From: Bacteroidales bacterium
GTDB taxonomy: Bacteria > Bacteroidota > Bacteroidia > Bacteroidales > VadinHA17
NCBI GenBank assembly: GCA_003142255.1
Contig: PLLO01000011.1
Span: 612,134-676,133, forward strand
Reading direction: 5' to 3'
Length of the DNA: 64,000 bases
The notes under the pieces: model-generated
The model's input: only the letters and a program-made list of their open reading frames with translations
What the model was told of the DNA's origin: nothing
Database searches by the model: none
Program-made: the position numbers and the translations under genes
In this document: piece by piece, positions 1-9,048 of the stretch
Layout of the letters: each line of letters opens with the position of its first letter
Position numbering within the stretch: position 1 is the stretch's first letter

Positions 1-272
1 TCTGCTCCGACATTTATTCAGCCGACTATTATAAATCTGATTCTTTGCGGGTCAATCCAACAGGTCCGATCAAGGGACAGGAGCATGTTATTCGCGGAGG
101 ATCATTCAAGAGCGATGCAAGGGACCTCCGCAGTGCTGCCCGCGACTTTACGAAGACAAAGGCATGGCTGGTAACCGACCCGCAGATGCCTAAAAGCAAA
201 TGGTGGTATTCCGATTGTATCGACGTGGGATTCAGGGTAGTATGTGAACCCGATTCCGCTGTCGTAAAATAG
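1..272 (+). CDS. Formylglycine-generating-enzyme (FGE/SUMF1) family protein, C-terminal fragment; 5' end outside window
   Basis: Frame 3 is open from nt 3 to the TAG at 270-272; the track ORF 45..272 is only the part after an internal Met. RGGSF...LRSAAR...GFRVV is typical of the FGE-sulfatase fold. Confidence 0.7.
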   Translation, partial: CSDIYSADYYKSDSLRVNPTGPIKGQEHVIRGGSFKSDARDLRSAARDFTKTKAWLVTDPQMPKSKWWYSDCIDVGFRVVCEPDSAVVK

Positions 273-289
273 ATCGAATTGAAATTTGA

Positions 290-1666
290 ATGAAAATGAA
301 AAACATTGACAGAAGAAAATTCATCAGCAATGCTGCCCTGGCAGGGGTTGGAATAGCCGGTGCAGGTGCCCTGCTATCATCATGTAAAAGGAAAGTTGAA
401 AACAAGGATCTTGGCCTGCCTCCCATACTGAAGGGTGCTCCCAAAGGTAAAAAGCTGAGGGCCGGACTAATTGGAGCCGGAAACAGGGGAACCGGTGCAG
501 CAATAAACTTTATCAGCTCCGGACCCGATCTTGAAATAGCAGCCCTGGCCGATGTATTCCAGGATAAGATTGATGCCTGCAGAGCCAGGTTTGACTCTTT
601 TCACCTGCCAATTCCAGCCGAGAACTGCTTTACCGGTTTTGATGGTTATAAAAAACTCATGGCTCTTCCCGACATTGATGTAGTGATCCTTGCCACACCT
701 CCGCAATTCAGGCCGGAACACTTTCTTGAAGCCGTTACCACAAACAAGCACGTATTCATGGAGAAACCGGTCGCAGTGGACCCTGTCGGTATAAGATCAA
801 TCATCACTTCAGCTAAAAAAGCCGGAGCAATCGGACTTAATGTCGTAACCGGAACCCAGAGACGCCACGAGGAAGATTATATCGAGACTTATAAGCAGGT
901 AATGAACGGCGCCATAGGAACAATAACCTCTGCAAAGGCTTTCTGGAACCAGGAGCATGTATGGTTCCGCGAACGCGAACCGGGCTGGAACGATATGGAA
1001 TACATGATCCGCAACTGGAATAACTTTTGCTGGCTGTGCGGTGATCATATTCTCGACACTCACGTCCATAATATTGATGTGATTAACTGGTTCCTGGGAA
1101 AACACCCGGAAAAAGCTATCGGTTACGGCGGAAGGGCCAGACGCGTTACCGGCGACCAGTACGACTTCTTCAGCGTGGATTTTGATTATGGCAACTGCGT
1201 AAGCTCTCATAGCATGTGCCGCCAGATCGACAGCTGCGTTACCGCAACCGGTGAACTCATTATGGGGACCGAAGGATATACAAACTGCAAGGACACAATC
1301 TGGGATCTGAAAGGCAATATAAAGTGGCAGTTCAATTACCCGCTGGACGAAAACGGGAAAAAGATGGACCATGTGCTTATTCCTGAGTATGTACAGGAAC
1401 ATATGCACCTTGTATATGCCATCAGGACAGGCAATTATGTAAATGAAGCAGAACAAACTGCCATTTCCACGCTTACAGCGATCATGGGAAGAACAGCTGC
1501 CTATACCGGAAGGGTAATTACATGGGACGAGATATTCAAATCGGATACGGACCTTGGCCCATCGAAGATTGAAATGGGTCCTGTTAATATGGCTTTCGAA
1601 GTCCCTGTTCCAGGAACGCCGGTCATAAGTACGGTTACACCTGCATTTAAAGGTCAGATAATTTAA
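290..1666 (+). CDS. Gfo/Idh/MocA-family NAD(P)-dependent oxidoreductase with Tat-type signal and lipobox
   Basis: 458-aa ORF. N-terminus DRRKFISNAALAGVGIAGAGALLSSC has a twin-arginine-like signal plus a Cys lipobox. A Rossmann motif GLIGAGNRG follows, and the layout is typical of periplasmic Gfo/Idh/MocA enzymes. Confidence 0.85.
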   Translation: MKMKNIDRRKFISNAALAGVGIAGAGALLSSCKRKVENKDLGLPPILKGAPKGKKLRAGLIGAGNRGTGAAINFISSGPDLEIAALADVFQDKIDACRARFDSFHLPIPAENCFTGFDGYKKLMALPDIDVVILATPPQFRPEHFLEAVTTNKHVFMEKPVAVDPVGIRSIITSAKKAGAIGLNVVTGTQRRHEEDYIETYKQVMNGAIGTITSAKAFWNQEHVWFREREPGWNDMEYMIRNWNNFCWLCGDHILDTHVHNIDVINWFLGKHPEKAIGYGGRARRVTGDQYDFFSVDFDYGNCVSSHSMCRQIDSCVTATGELIMGTEGYTNCKDTIWDLKGNIKWQFNYPLDENGKKMDHVLIPEYVQEHMHLVYAIRTGNYVNEAEQTAISTLTAIMGRTAAYTGRVITWDEIFKSDTDLGPSKIEMGPVNMAFEVPVPGTPVISTVTPAFKGQII

Positions 1667-1730
1667 ACTGATTGTTAAATATACTGTTGATCCTGCATCA
1701 ACCGGAATAGAAAAATTACAATTAATAATT

Positions 1731-2660
1731 ATGTTTTCACTGGTAATCCCGATATTCAATGAGGAAAAGCTGATCGATGATCTGCTTAAGCGGACAATTC
1801 CATCAATTGAATCATTCGCAGTAGATTATGAAGTGATCTTTGTCGATGATGGCAGTACCGACAAGAGCATAGAAAAAATTCTAGCATGGAGGGAAGGGAA
1901 TGAAAAGATAAAGCTTCTTTCCCTCTCAAAGAATTTCGGACACCAGGCTGCATATACTGCAGGACTTGAAAATGCAAGCGGTGATATTGTTGCAATGATG
2001 GACGGCGATCTCCAGGATCCTCCGGAACTTCTTTCAGCAATGTACCGGAAGCTGACTGAAGAGGATTATGATATCATAAGCGGCAAGAGAACCGGAAGAA
2101 AAGGAAGCCGAGGTCGCATCATCTATTCAGTCCTCTTCCATTCGATTTTCACGAATATAGGGGAGCTCAGGGACATGGATAATTACGGTAACTATTCCAT
2201 GATGAATAGAATTGCCCTTGATGCGTTGCTTTCAATGAAGGAAAAAGTCAGGTATCTACCGGGTCTGAGATCATTTATCGGCTTCAGGCACGGTGATGTG
2301 GAGTTTGTGAGGGACGACCGGTTCAGGGGCAAGTCCAAGATGAACCTTCAGAAGCTTTTTGTCCTTGCTGCCGATGCTATTTTCTCATTTTCCAGGTTCC
2401 CGATACGAGTATGCCTCTTGCTCGGAACCCTGGGAACAATTGTCTTCATGGGAGCAGGTATTTATGTTTTGATTTCCAAAATTACCGGCAGCGCTCCTCT
2501 CGGATGGTCATCGACAATGTTGAGCATTTATTTCCTGGGATCTATACAGCTTGTCTTCCTGGGGATACTTGGGGAATATATTTTCAGAAGTTATAAGGAA
2601 TCACAAAACCGTCCTATCTATTTTGTAAGGAAATTTTTTGGCGTGAGCCGGGGAAAATGA
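1731..2660 (+). CDS. Family-2 glycosyltransferase, polyprenyl-phosphate sugar synthase type (ArnC/DPM1-like) with C-terminal TM helices
   Basis: 309-aa ORF. SLVIPIFNEE...VDDGSTD...MDGDLQDPPE (DXD) is the GT2 signature. Two C-terminal hydrophobic helices match ArnC/GtrB-type enzymes. Confidence 0.85.
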   Translation: MFSLVIPIFNEEKLIDDLLKRTIPSIESFAVDYEVIFVDDGSTDKSIEKILAWREGNEKIKLLSLSKNFGHQAAYTAGLENASGDIVAMMDGDLQDPPELLSAMYRKLTEEDYDIISGKRTGRKGSRGRIIYSVLFHSIFTNIGELRDMDNYGNYSMMNRIALDALLSMKEKVRYLPGLRSFIGFRHGDVEFVRDDRFRGKSKMNLQKLFVLAADAIFSFSRFPIRVCLLLGTLGTIVFMGAGIYVLISKITGSAPLGWSSTMLSIYFLGSIQLVFLGILGEYIFRSYKESQNRPIYFVRKFFGVSRGK

Positions 2661-4723
2661 TGAAAGAGACAAGATTGAAATATATCTTCCTTGCAAGTTC
2701 AGCATTTCTCCTAATTGTCATGCTCATTATGAGCAGGAATGCCGGCATATCTTGCGATGATGTACTTCATTACCATCAGTCTGAAGCCGTTTATAACTAT
2801 TTCGCAACACATGGAGCCGATCAGGCAGCATTGCAGACTCCTGTGAACCACCTTAAGTATTACGGACAATCGTTCGATAATATTGTCACTATACTCATCA
2901 GGTGGCTGGGGATCGATGATGTGTTTGGCTTTCGTCACCTGATGAGTTCCCTGGCAGGCTGGCTGACAATTTTTATTACAGCTCTTCTTGCTGTCTGGCT
3001 CTTGGGCTACAGAACAGGCATTCTGGTAATTCTCCTCTTTGCTGTTTCTCCGACATTTCTTGGACACACCCAGAATAATCTTAAAGATATCCCTTTTGCA
3101 CTTGGCTATATATCAAGTGTATATTTTACACTTAAAATTCTTTTGCCGGAGAAAAGAGTGCGCTTTTATGAAATCCTGTTGTTGATTCTCAGTATTTCAT
3201 TTACCATAAGCATAAGGGCAGGAGGGCTTCTGATGATTTGTTACCTGTTCCTCTTTTTCTTCATATGCCTGGGTTACAGGTATTTTAGCAACGGCAGGAT
3301 TGACTGGTCAGATACCTTGAAGAAATTAATGATTTTAATCCTGGTTGCCGGAGCCTCGTTCTTTCTTTCTATCCTTCTGTGGCCATTCGGGTTGCAGGCT
3401 CCGATCAAAAATATGTTTGTATCCCTTCATTTTATGTCGCATTTTCCGGGGACATTCAGGGAGATATTTGAAGGAAGAACCGAATGGTCGGATTTCATGC
3501 CATGGTACTACCTCCTGAAATATATGGTAATTACAATCCCTTTAGTAGTGCTTGCCGGAACCCTGGTTTTTGTCCCGTTTATTAAAAGAATAGTTTCAAA
3601 TGGCAAAACCCTTGCCTGGTTATTTCTGGTCTTCACTATCGTCTTTCCAATCTTGTTTGTGATAATTGAGAGACCAAATATATACAGCGGGTGGCGCCAG
3701 TTCCTGTTCGTTTATCCTCCCGTGATAGTAATTTCGGCAACAGGATTCAGCTATCTTCTTGATTTTCTGAAGAACAGATATGCAAAGTGGATTCTTTTTG
3801 CTGTACTGTTCGTTCTTGCTATTCATCCGGTACGGTACATGGCTGACAATAAAGCCTATTTTTACCTCTACTACAACCAGTTTACTGGAGGACTGAAGGG
3901 TACTTATGGCAATTATGAAACCGATTACTATTATACCGGACAGACAGAAGCTTCAAAGTGGCTTATTAATTATCTCGAAACAAACAAAATCGGTTCAGCA
4001 AAGGTGATTGCCACTTTCCCTGTTGACTGGCAATTCAGGAATATTCCTTCTGTAAAAACATCATACTGCAGATACGAGGAGAGAAGCCAGTTCGACTGGG
4101 ACTACGCGATAATTACGAACCGGTATATACCGCCTTTTATGCTAAAAGCCCGATCATGGCCACCTCCTGATGCGATTCATATTATTTATGCCGACAGTAT
4201 ACCGGTCTGCGCTGTCCTGGAACGCAAGTCAAAAGAAGATTTCCTTGGCTATAATTCACTTGAAGAACATCGCAGCAGTGATGCTATACTCCATTTTACA
4301 GAGGCCCTGAAAATTGATAATAGCGATGAAATGATTTTTTATAATTTTGCACGGGCTTTGTACAATGAAGGTGAGTTCCTGAAAGCTGATTCGGCACTTA
4401 AGAAGGGACTTGAAATAAACCCGGTCAGCGAACCGATATTAATGTACCTGGGAAATATTTCTGCAGCCAGAAAAGATACAGTCAGCGCTGAAAAGTACTA
4501 TAAGGAACTTATTAATGTCAACAGGAAATATTTTGATGCTTATATTGAACTGGCAAAGCTCACAGAGGGGAAAGATGTCCAAAAGGCGCGTCAGCTGTTA
4601 AGAAGCTGCCTGTGCATTAAGCCTGATTTCAAACCTGCGATAAAGGCGCTGGCAGACACATACAGGAAGAACGACCCGGAAATTGCCGGGGAATATGATA
4701 AACTTGTGAATTCTATAAAATAA
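2657..4723 (+). CDS. Polytopic GT-C-type (ArnT/PMT-like) glycosyltransferase fused to C-terminal TPR repeats
   Basis: 688-aa ORF whose start overlaps the GT2 stop by 4 nt (ATGA). About 10-12 hydrophobic helices. An acidic DD lies in the first loop (ISCDDVLHYH). The C-terminal ~170 aa are TPR-like (ALKIDNSDEMIFYNFARALYNEGEFLKADSALKKGLEINP...). Confidence 0.65.
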   Translation: MMKETRLKYIFLASSAFLLIVMLIMSRNAGISCDDVLHYHQSEAVYNYFATHGADQAALQTPVNHLKYYGQSFDNIVTILIRWLGIDDVFGFRHLMSSLAGWLTIFITALLAVWLLGYRTGILVILLFAVSPTFLGHTQNNLKDIPFALGYISSVYFTLKILLPEKRVRFYEILLLILSISFTISIRAGGLLMICYLFLFFFICLGYRYFSNGRIDWSDTLKKLMILILVAGASFFLSILLWPFGLQAPIKNMFVSLHFMSHFPGTFREIFEGRTEWSDFMPWYYLLKYMVITIPLVVLAGTLVFVPFIKRIVSNGKTLAWLFLVFTIVFPILFVIIERPNIYSGWRQFLFVYPPVIVISATGFSYLLDFLKNRYAKWILFAVLFVLAIHPVRYMADNKAYFYLYYNQFTGGLKGTYGNYETDYYYTGQTEASKWLINYLETNKIGSAKVIATFPVDWQFRNIPSVKTSYCRYEERSQFDWDYAIITNRYIPPFMLKARSWPPPDAIHIIYADSIPVCAVLERKSKEDFLGYNSLEEHRSSDAILHFTEALKIDNSDEMIFYNFARALYNEGEFLKADSALKKGLEINPVSEPILMYLGNISAARKDTVSAEKYYKELINVNRKYFDAYIELAKLTEGKDVQKARQLLRSCLCIKPDFKPAIKALADTYRKNDPEIAGEYDKLVNSIK

Positions 4724-4740
4724 AATAAAACAACCGAAGG

Positions 4741-5016
4741 ATGAAGAAGACATTAATGATTATCTCACTGTCAGCAGCTATGCTGCTCAGCGGACTGAGT
4801 TTTATTTCAGCCCAGGAGCAACCCAAACCCAAAAAAGACACGGTCAACATGGATACACAGGCCAAGCCGACCAACTATTATGCAATTGAGGATGAGAAAA
4901 CAGCACCTGAAAAAGGGAAAGCCAAAAGCTCCTCATTCCCTATTATAATAATTGTCGGAGCTGTCGTTATTGTTGGCGCTGCTGCTTTCTTTCTGCTGAA
5001 GAAGAAAAAACAGTAA
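4741..5016 (+). CDS. Small secreted, C-terminally membrane-anchored protein of unknown function
   Basis: 91-aa ORF with a signal peptide (MKKTLMIISLSAAMLLSGLSFISAQ), a low-complexity Lys/Pro/Glu-rich middle, a C-terminal TM helix and a KKKKQ tail. It lies 18 nt after the GT-C gene. Confidence 0.5.
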   Translation: MKKTLMIISLSAAMLLSGLSFISAQEQPKPKKDTVNMDTQAKPTNYYAIEDEKTAPEKGKAKSSSFPIIIIVGAVVIVGAAAFFLLKKKKQ

Positions 5017-5019
5017 CTT

Positions 5020-7929
5020 TTAAAATCCTTTTCCGGGATTTGTCGCTACCCGGGCAACTGACTCAATAGCTATTGATGCAAAGGCTGCCCCGAAGTCAAG
5101 ATCAATGTTTTCCATTGTATCTTTTGTGTCGTGGTAGCCTGTACGGTTAATGTCATAGTTTTCCATAAAAAGGACTACCGGTATTCCAACGTCAGAAAAG
5201 ACCTGACCGTCAGTGTTGAAGATTGAACTGTGAGGGTTATACTGAGTTCTGACTTCACCTGCAAGCGGAAGGAATTTAGCCGTTTCAGGTATCTCTTCAA
5301 TACCTGATATTCTTTTTCCGCGGTTACTGTGTATTCTTTCGGGGCTCCTGTTCCATTCATGCACTGACCTGTTCCATATCCGGTTGGCTATGTGAGCCTG
5401 CTGCCCCAGATAAAGCGATGCTGCGCTCTTCCCTGGTGATATCTGAAAAATATCCTGGTCGTTATCGCGGTTATGGCCTATCATATCCATCACATAGACA
5501 CCAACAACCTCTGTCTTTGAAAGATCGACTGGATGGTCACTGTTTGGATTCAGCTTTATGTTTTTTTCAATAATTGATTTGCAGAGATTTCTTGCCCCCA
5601 TGCAGTCTGACGGGAACTCTTCACCGGTGAGATGGACAAGCCAGATATCGCGTTCCAGTTTTCCTTCGGCTGACATTTTTAAAAATATTGGCGCAGCGAG
5701 AAGTAAAGTTGTGCTTGCAGAGTAGTTATCGTCGGCACCGTTGGCTGAGATCCTGGCTCCTGTGCCGCCCCTTCCCGTATCATAGATATCCTCCATGTAA
5801 GCAGTATCGTAATGATCTCCAAAGACAACAGCCTGACTGCGGTTTTTCCCGGGGATCACTACAAGTATATTTCTTTCATAATGTGTTCCATTCTGGTTGC
5901 CGGACCACCCGCCATAAAGTGAAAAATCAAAATCCGTTTGCCATTTGAAGGGCAGTTCACCGCAAAATGCCTTGCCTTCCATCCCTGCGTCAGATATTGA
6001 TTTCCGGTGCCTGCTGATGAAATAGTCACCCAGTTTTTCCAGGTCTCTCTGCTTCCCATGCTTCTGGCTAAGTGTGGCATTATCCTTTACAAGATCTGCA
6101 TTATCCGTGTTCATGAACTGGCCGTGGGCAAGGAATTTAATCTCATTCCACCAATTCTCCTCAAACTTCCTGTTGGCTGTCAATCCGAAAGTCAGTGCCT
6201 CTTCATTATTCCCAGTATTCTCAGGCTCGAGGATTTTCATTATCTCTTCCCTCATCCGCTTCCCGGTCTCAGGATTGCTGGCATGAACGGAAAGCTCATC
6301 CAACCACGGTTCAAACGTTTTATGTTTTGAAATATTAAGGAGGTGATAAGCATAAGACCACGACAATGGTTTCATGTTCTGCATATTCCAGGCTTCAAAC
6401 AGCGAAATAATGTTGAAAGCAGTCTGGTGTGAATAATGATCGTTCTTTGAAAGGAAATCGTGCAAAGCAGAAAGATAGACAGGCCGTTTATAAAATCTGG
6501 GCCACATTTCAACCGGAGAGGCCATGCTTTTATCATTCCTGTGATACCCTGCAAGGTGGCCGGTTATCAGGTCCGATGAGATTACCGGGCTGTCGTCATC
6601 GGGTGACAGCCAGGCAACCAGCGGACGATGCCAGTAAATATCATATTCTCCAGTCCTCATGGGCGGACTGAAGAATCTGTACCCGTAGAGTCCTCCCTTA
6701 AGTATCTCTTCTTCAGCAAGGAGGATCTGCTTCTTGACTGAATGAGGACCATCCAGGATCATATCAAATTCATGAGTCCATATCTGGGCATTTCTTGCCA
6801 GGGGTTTGTCATAGAGACCCAGTGAATCATCTTCAGTGCTGAAAAAAACTTTTACAAGCTTGAACTTTTTTGCATCTTCATTGAGTTCATCCTGGTACCT
6901 GTGAAGGCGCTGCCACCTGTTGGTACGATGAAATGTGGTATGCAGGAGCTCCTTACTTATCTTAACGTGTCCGTTTCCGGTATGTGCTTCGTGAAACCAG
7001 CCTGCCTGGGGTACTTTCAGCCCGCCGATACCCCTGTTCCTTATGACCAGGTTGAGCATGGGGATCTGTCCTGCAGAGGCGGATTGTTTCTGCAATTTCA
7101 GATATCCGGGCATTCCCCAGAAGACCAGGCTCCCGGGGAAGGGTATCAGGTTCAGCTTACCTGAGAGATACATATCCCTCACGGCAGGCGGAAGGGAACC
7201 GAAAGCCCTGAATGTAACAAGATACCTTATGCCATCTAAAGTTGAATCATCATTAATAAGAAACGGTTTTGTCCAGCTAAGGGCACTGGCATCTGCCGAG
7301 GATAGAATCCTGAATCCTGCTCCGGCGAGGGATTTTTTCCCGGAGAGCTTCAGACCGTAAGCTTTTTCGAGTATGGTAGTGAAAAAAGAGATCGATTCAT
7401 CTGCCGGCTTTTCAACTCCTGGCGCAACATAAAAATTTTTCCAGAAGATATATTCGGGATCATGAATTGAATTACCGAATAAGGACCAGATCACCCGGCC
7501 CTTGTCATCCTGAGTTCGTGAAAGCATCATCGGAAGGAGAGTGACAAACCTTTCATGCGGAAGCTTGCCGGCCATTGCTGCAAGGTCGTCAGGCCAGTAG
7601 GGATTGTCTTTCAGATTTTGTCCTCCATGACCATGAATGTGATGTTCAGGCAATCCTTTACCCAGCTTTAAAATAGAGTGGAAGATCTGTTTCCCGGAAT
7701 GCTCAATGCCTGGTCTGAGCTCGTATTCTTCCTCAATCTCGGAGATCCACCAACCCGAAGGGTCATCTTCATGTAAGATCCTCGGATCAATATCACCGAG
7801 CGGTTTCCGTCCCACAAGAGGGGAGGGCATGAACTCAGAATATGCAGGAAGGGGATAACATCCTTCACAGTTAAACCATGGATATCCGGCCAGCATTTTT
7901 TGCCAGCCCTGAAGTTCATTGGCAGCCAT
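5020..7929 (-). CDS. Large protein with no N-terminal signal peptide: unknown ~650-aa N-terminal region fused to an M28-family zinc aminopeptidase domain
   Basis: 969-aa ORF. The C-terminal third carries the full M28 ligand set in order: GDHYDT (His, Asp), GADDNYS (bridging Asp), TGEEFPSD (Glu-Glu), VMDMIGH (Asp), GYHDTKD (His). No signal peptide at the N-terminus. Confidence 0.75.
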   Translation of the reverse strand: MAANELQGWQKMLAGYPWFNCEGCYPLPAYSEFMPSPLVGRKPLGDIDPRILHEDDPSGWWISEIEEEYELRPGIEHSGKQIFHSILKLGKGLPEHHIHGHGGQNLKDNPYWPDDLAAMAGKLPHERFVTLLPMMLSRTQDDKGRVIWSLFGNSIHDPEYIFWKNFYVAPGVEKPADESISFFTTILEKAYGLKLSGKKSLAGAGFRILSSADASALSWTKPFLINDDSTLDGIRYLVTFRAFGSLPPAVRDMYLSGKLNLIPFPGSLVFWGMPGYLKLQKQSASAGQIPMLNLVIRNRGIGGLKVPQAGWFHEAHTGNGHVKISKELLHTTFHRTNRWQRLHRYQDELNEDAKKFKLVKVFFSTEDDSLGLYDKPLARNAQIWTHEFDMILDGPHSVKKQILLAEEEILKGGLYGYRFFSPPMRTGEYDIYWHRPLVAWLSPDDDSPVISSDLITGHLAGYHRNDKSMASPVEMWPRFYKRPVYLSALHDFLSKNDHYSHQTAFNIISLFEAWNMQNMKPLSWSYAYHLLNISKHKTFEPWLDELSVHASNPETGKRMREEIMKILEPENTGNNEEALTFGLTANRKFEENWWNEIKFLAHGQFMNTDNADLVKDNATLSQKHGKQRDLEKLGDYFISRHRKSISDAGMEGKAFCGELPFKWQTDFDFSLYGGWSGNQNGTHYERNILVVIPGKNRSQAVVFGDHYDTAYMEDIYDTGRGGTGARISANGADDNYSASTTLLLAAPIFLKMSAEGKLERDIWLVHLTGEEFPSDCMGARNLCKSIIEKNIKLNPNSDHPVDLSKTEVVGVYVMDMIGHNRDNDQDIFQISPGKSAASLYLGQQAHIANRIWNRSVHEWNRSPERIHSNRGKRISGIEEIPETAKFLPLAGEVRTQYNPHSSIFNTDGQVFSDVGIPVVLFMENYDINRTGYHDTKDTMENIDLDFGAAFASIAIESVARVATNPGKGF

Positions 7930-8075
7930 AATATTATTTAGGATTTAAATTAAGGGAACTTGTCGGGAATTCAATCATATTTCTGATCGAATTAAAAATG
8001 TTTTGTGAATATAAACAATTCTGAGAACTAAAAGTTTAACAAGTCCATAATCCGGCTCTTAACTTTTCACCCCTG

Positions 8076-8115
8076 TACCTTTGACCCTTTGACCCTTTGC
8101 ACCTTTGCACCTTTC
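8076..8115. repeat. Five tandem 8-nt units NNCCTTTG (tacctttg accctttg accctttg cacctttg cacctttc)
   Basis: Read directly. The array abuts and overlaps the stop codon (8114-8116) of the minus-strand DUF1080 gene. Confidence 0.85.
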
Positions 8116-8842
8116 AAAGTTCCCTTATCCATATATTGCGATACGATACAGGATTTCCGTGTTCCTGCAGCATAAGCGGAAGTTTCTCCTCATGCGCCTT
8201 GTAAACAGGGATACCAATATATTCCGTCGGACCCTTGAGAAGGACATGATTCTGGATGAGAACGCCGTTTTGAAAAACGGTAAATATTGCCGGCTCAAGA
8301 ACTTCTCCTTCAGTATTGAACCTGGGAGCTGTGAAAATCACATCGTATCGCTGCCACTGGCCGGGCCCAAGTGATGCATTGACAAGCGGTATATACTGCT
8401 TATAAATTGATCCTGCCTGTCCATTGTAATATGTCTCGTTGTTATATGAATCGAGTACTTGCAATTCATAGAGACCCATCAGGAAAATGCCACTGTTTCC
8501 CCGTCCCTGGCTGGTCCCTGAGACGACTGCCGGTGTTCTCCATTCAATGTGAAGCTGGCAATCGCCAAATGATCTCACAGTTTTTATGCTGCCTGTTTTT
8601 GGAGCTACAGTTAAAGCTGAGTCGGCAATCCATTTGGCCGGGCTCCCTTTATCAGAGACCCAATTTACAATATCCTTCGCTCCTCCATAGAGCACAATCG
8701 CATCCGATGGCGGCTGATTCATTTTCCCGGGGGTGACAATTGCAGGTTTCCTTGACCAGTCTTCGGTCTCTTCAGGCTTCATCTGGGCATTAATTACTGC
8801 GGCTGTAGTGATGAGGAGAAATGTACAGAAAGTTCTTTTCAT
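8114..8842 (-). CDS. DUF1080 (3-keto-disaccharide hydrolase-like) domain protein, secreted
   Basis: 242-aa ORF with a signal peptide. Motifs LHIEWR...GNSGIFL...YELQVLD...GSIY and the C-terminal YRNIWIREL are typical of the DUF1080 jelly-roll family. Confidence 0.85.
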   Translation of the reverse strand: MKRTFCTFLLITTAAVINAQMKPEETEDWSRKPAIVTPGKMNQPPSDAIVLYGGAKDIVNWVSDKGSPAKWIADSALTVAPKTGSIKTVRSFGDCQLHIEWRTPAVVSGTSQGRGNSGIFLMGLYELQVLDSYNNETYYNGQAGSIYKQYIPLVNASLGPGQWQRYDVIFTAPRFNTEGEVLEPAIFTVFQNGVLIQNHVLLKGPTEYIGIPVYKAHEEKLPLMLQEHGNPVSYRNIWIREL

Positions 8843-9048
8843 GTTAACTTTATGATTTAAAGTGTATCTGCTACATTTATTGGGTTAAATAGACCATTTA
8901 TTTCCAAACAAGTTTAGCAAATTCCGGTATAAAAACCAATTAATTTCCGGCCTTCCTTCATTAAATTTTCCCTATAGGTAAAAATCCCTTATCAGGTGTC
9001 AGCACCTTTCATCCGATTTTGTTTTCTTTGTAATAAATAGACTATGGT

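Noticed and set aside
809-1759. 316-aa minus-strand ORF
   Set aside because: Entirely antisense to the well-supported Gfo/Idh/MocA oxidoreductase. Cys/Arg-rich nonsense composition typical of shadow ORFs.
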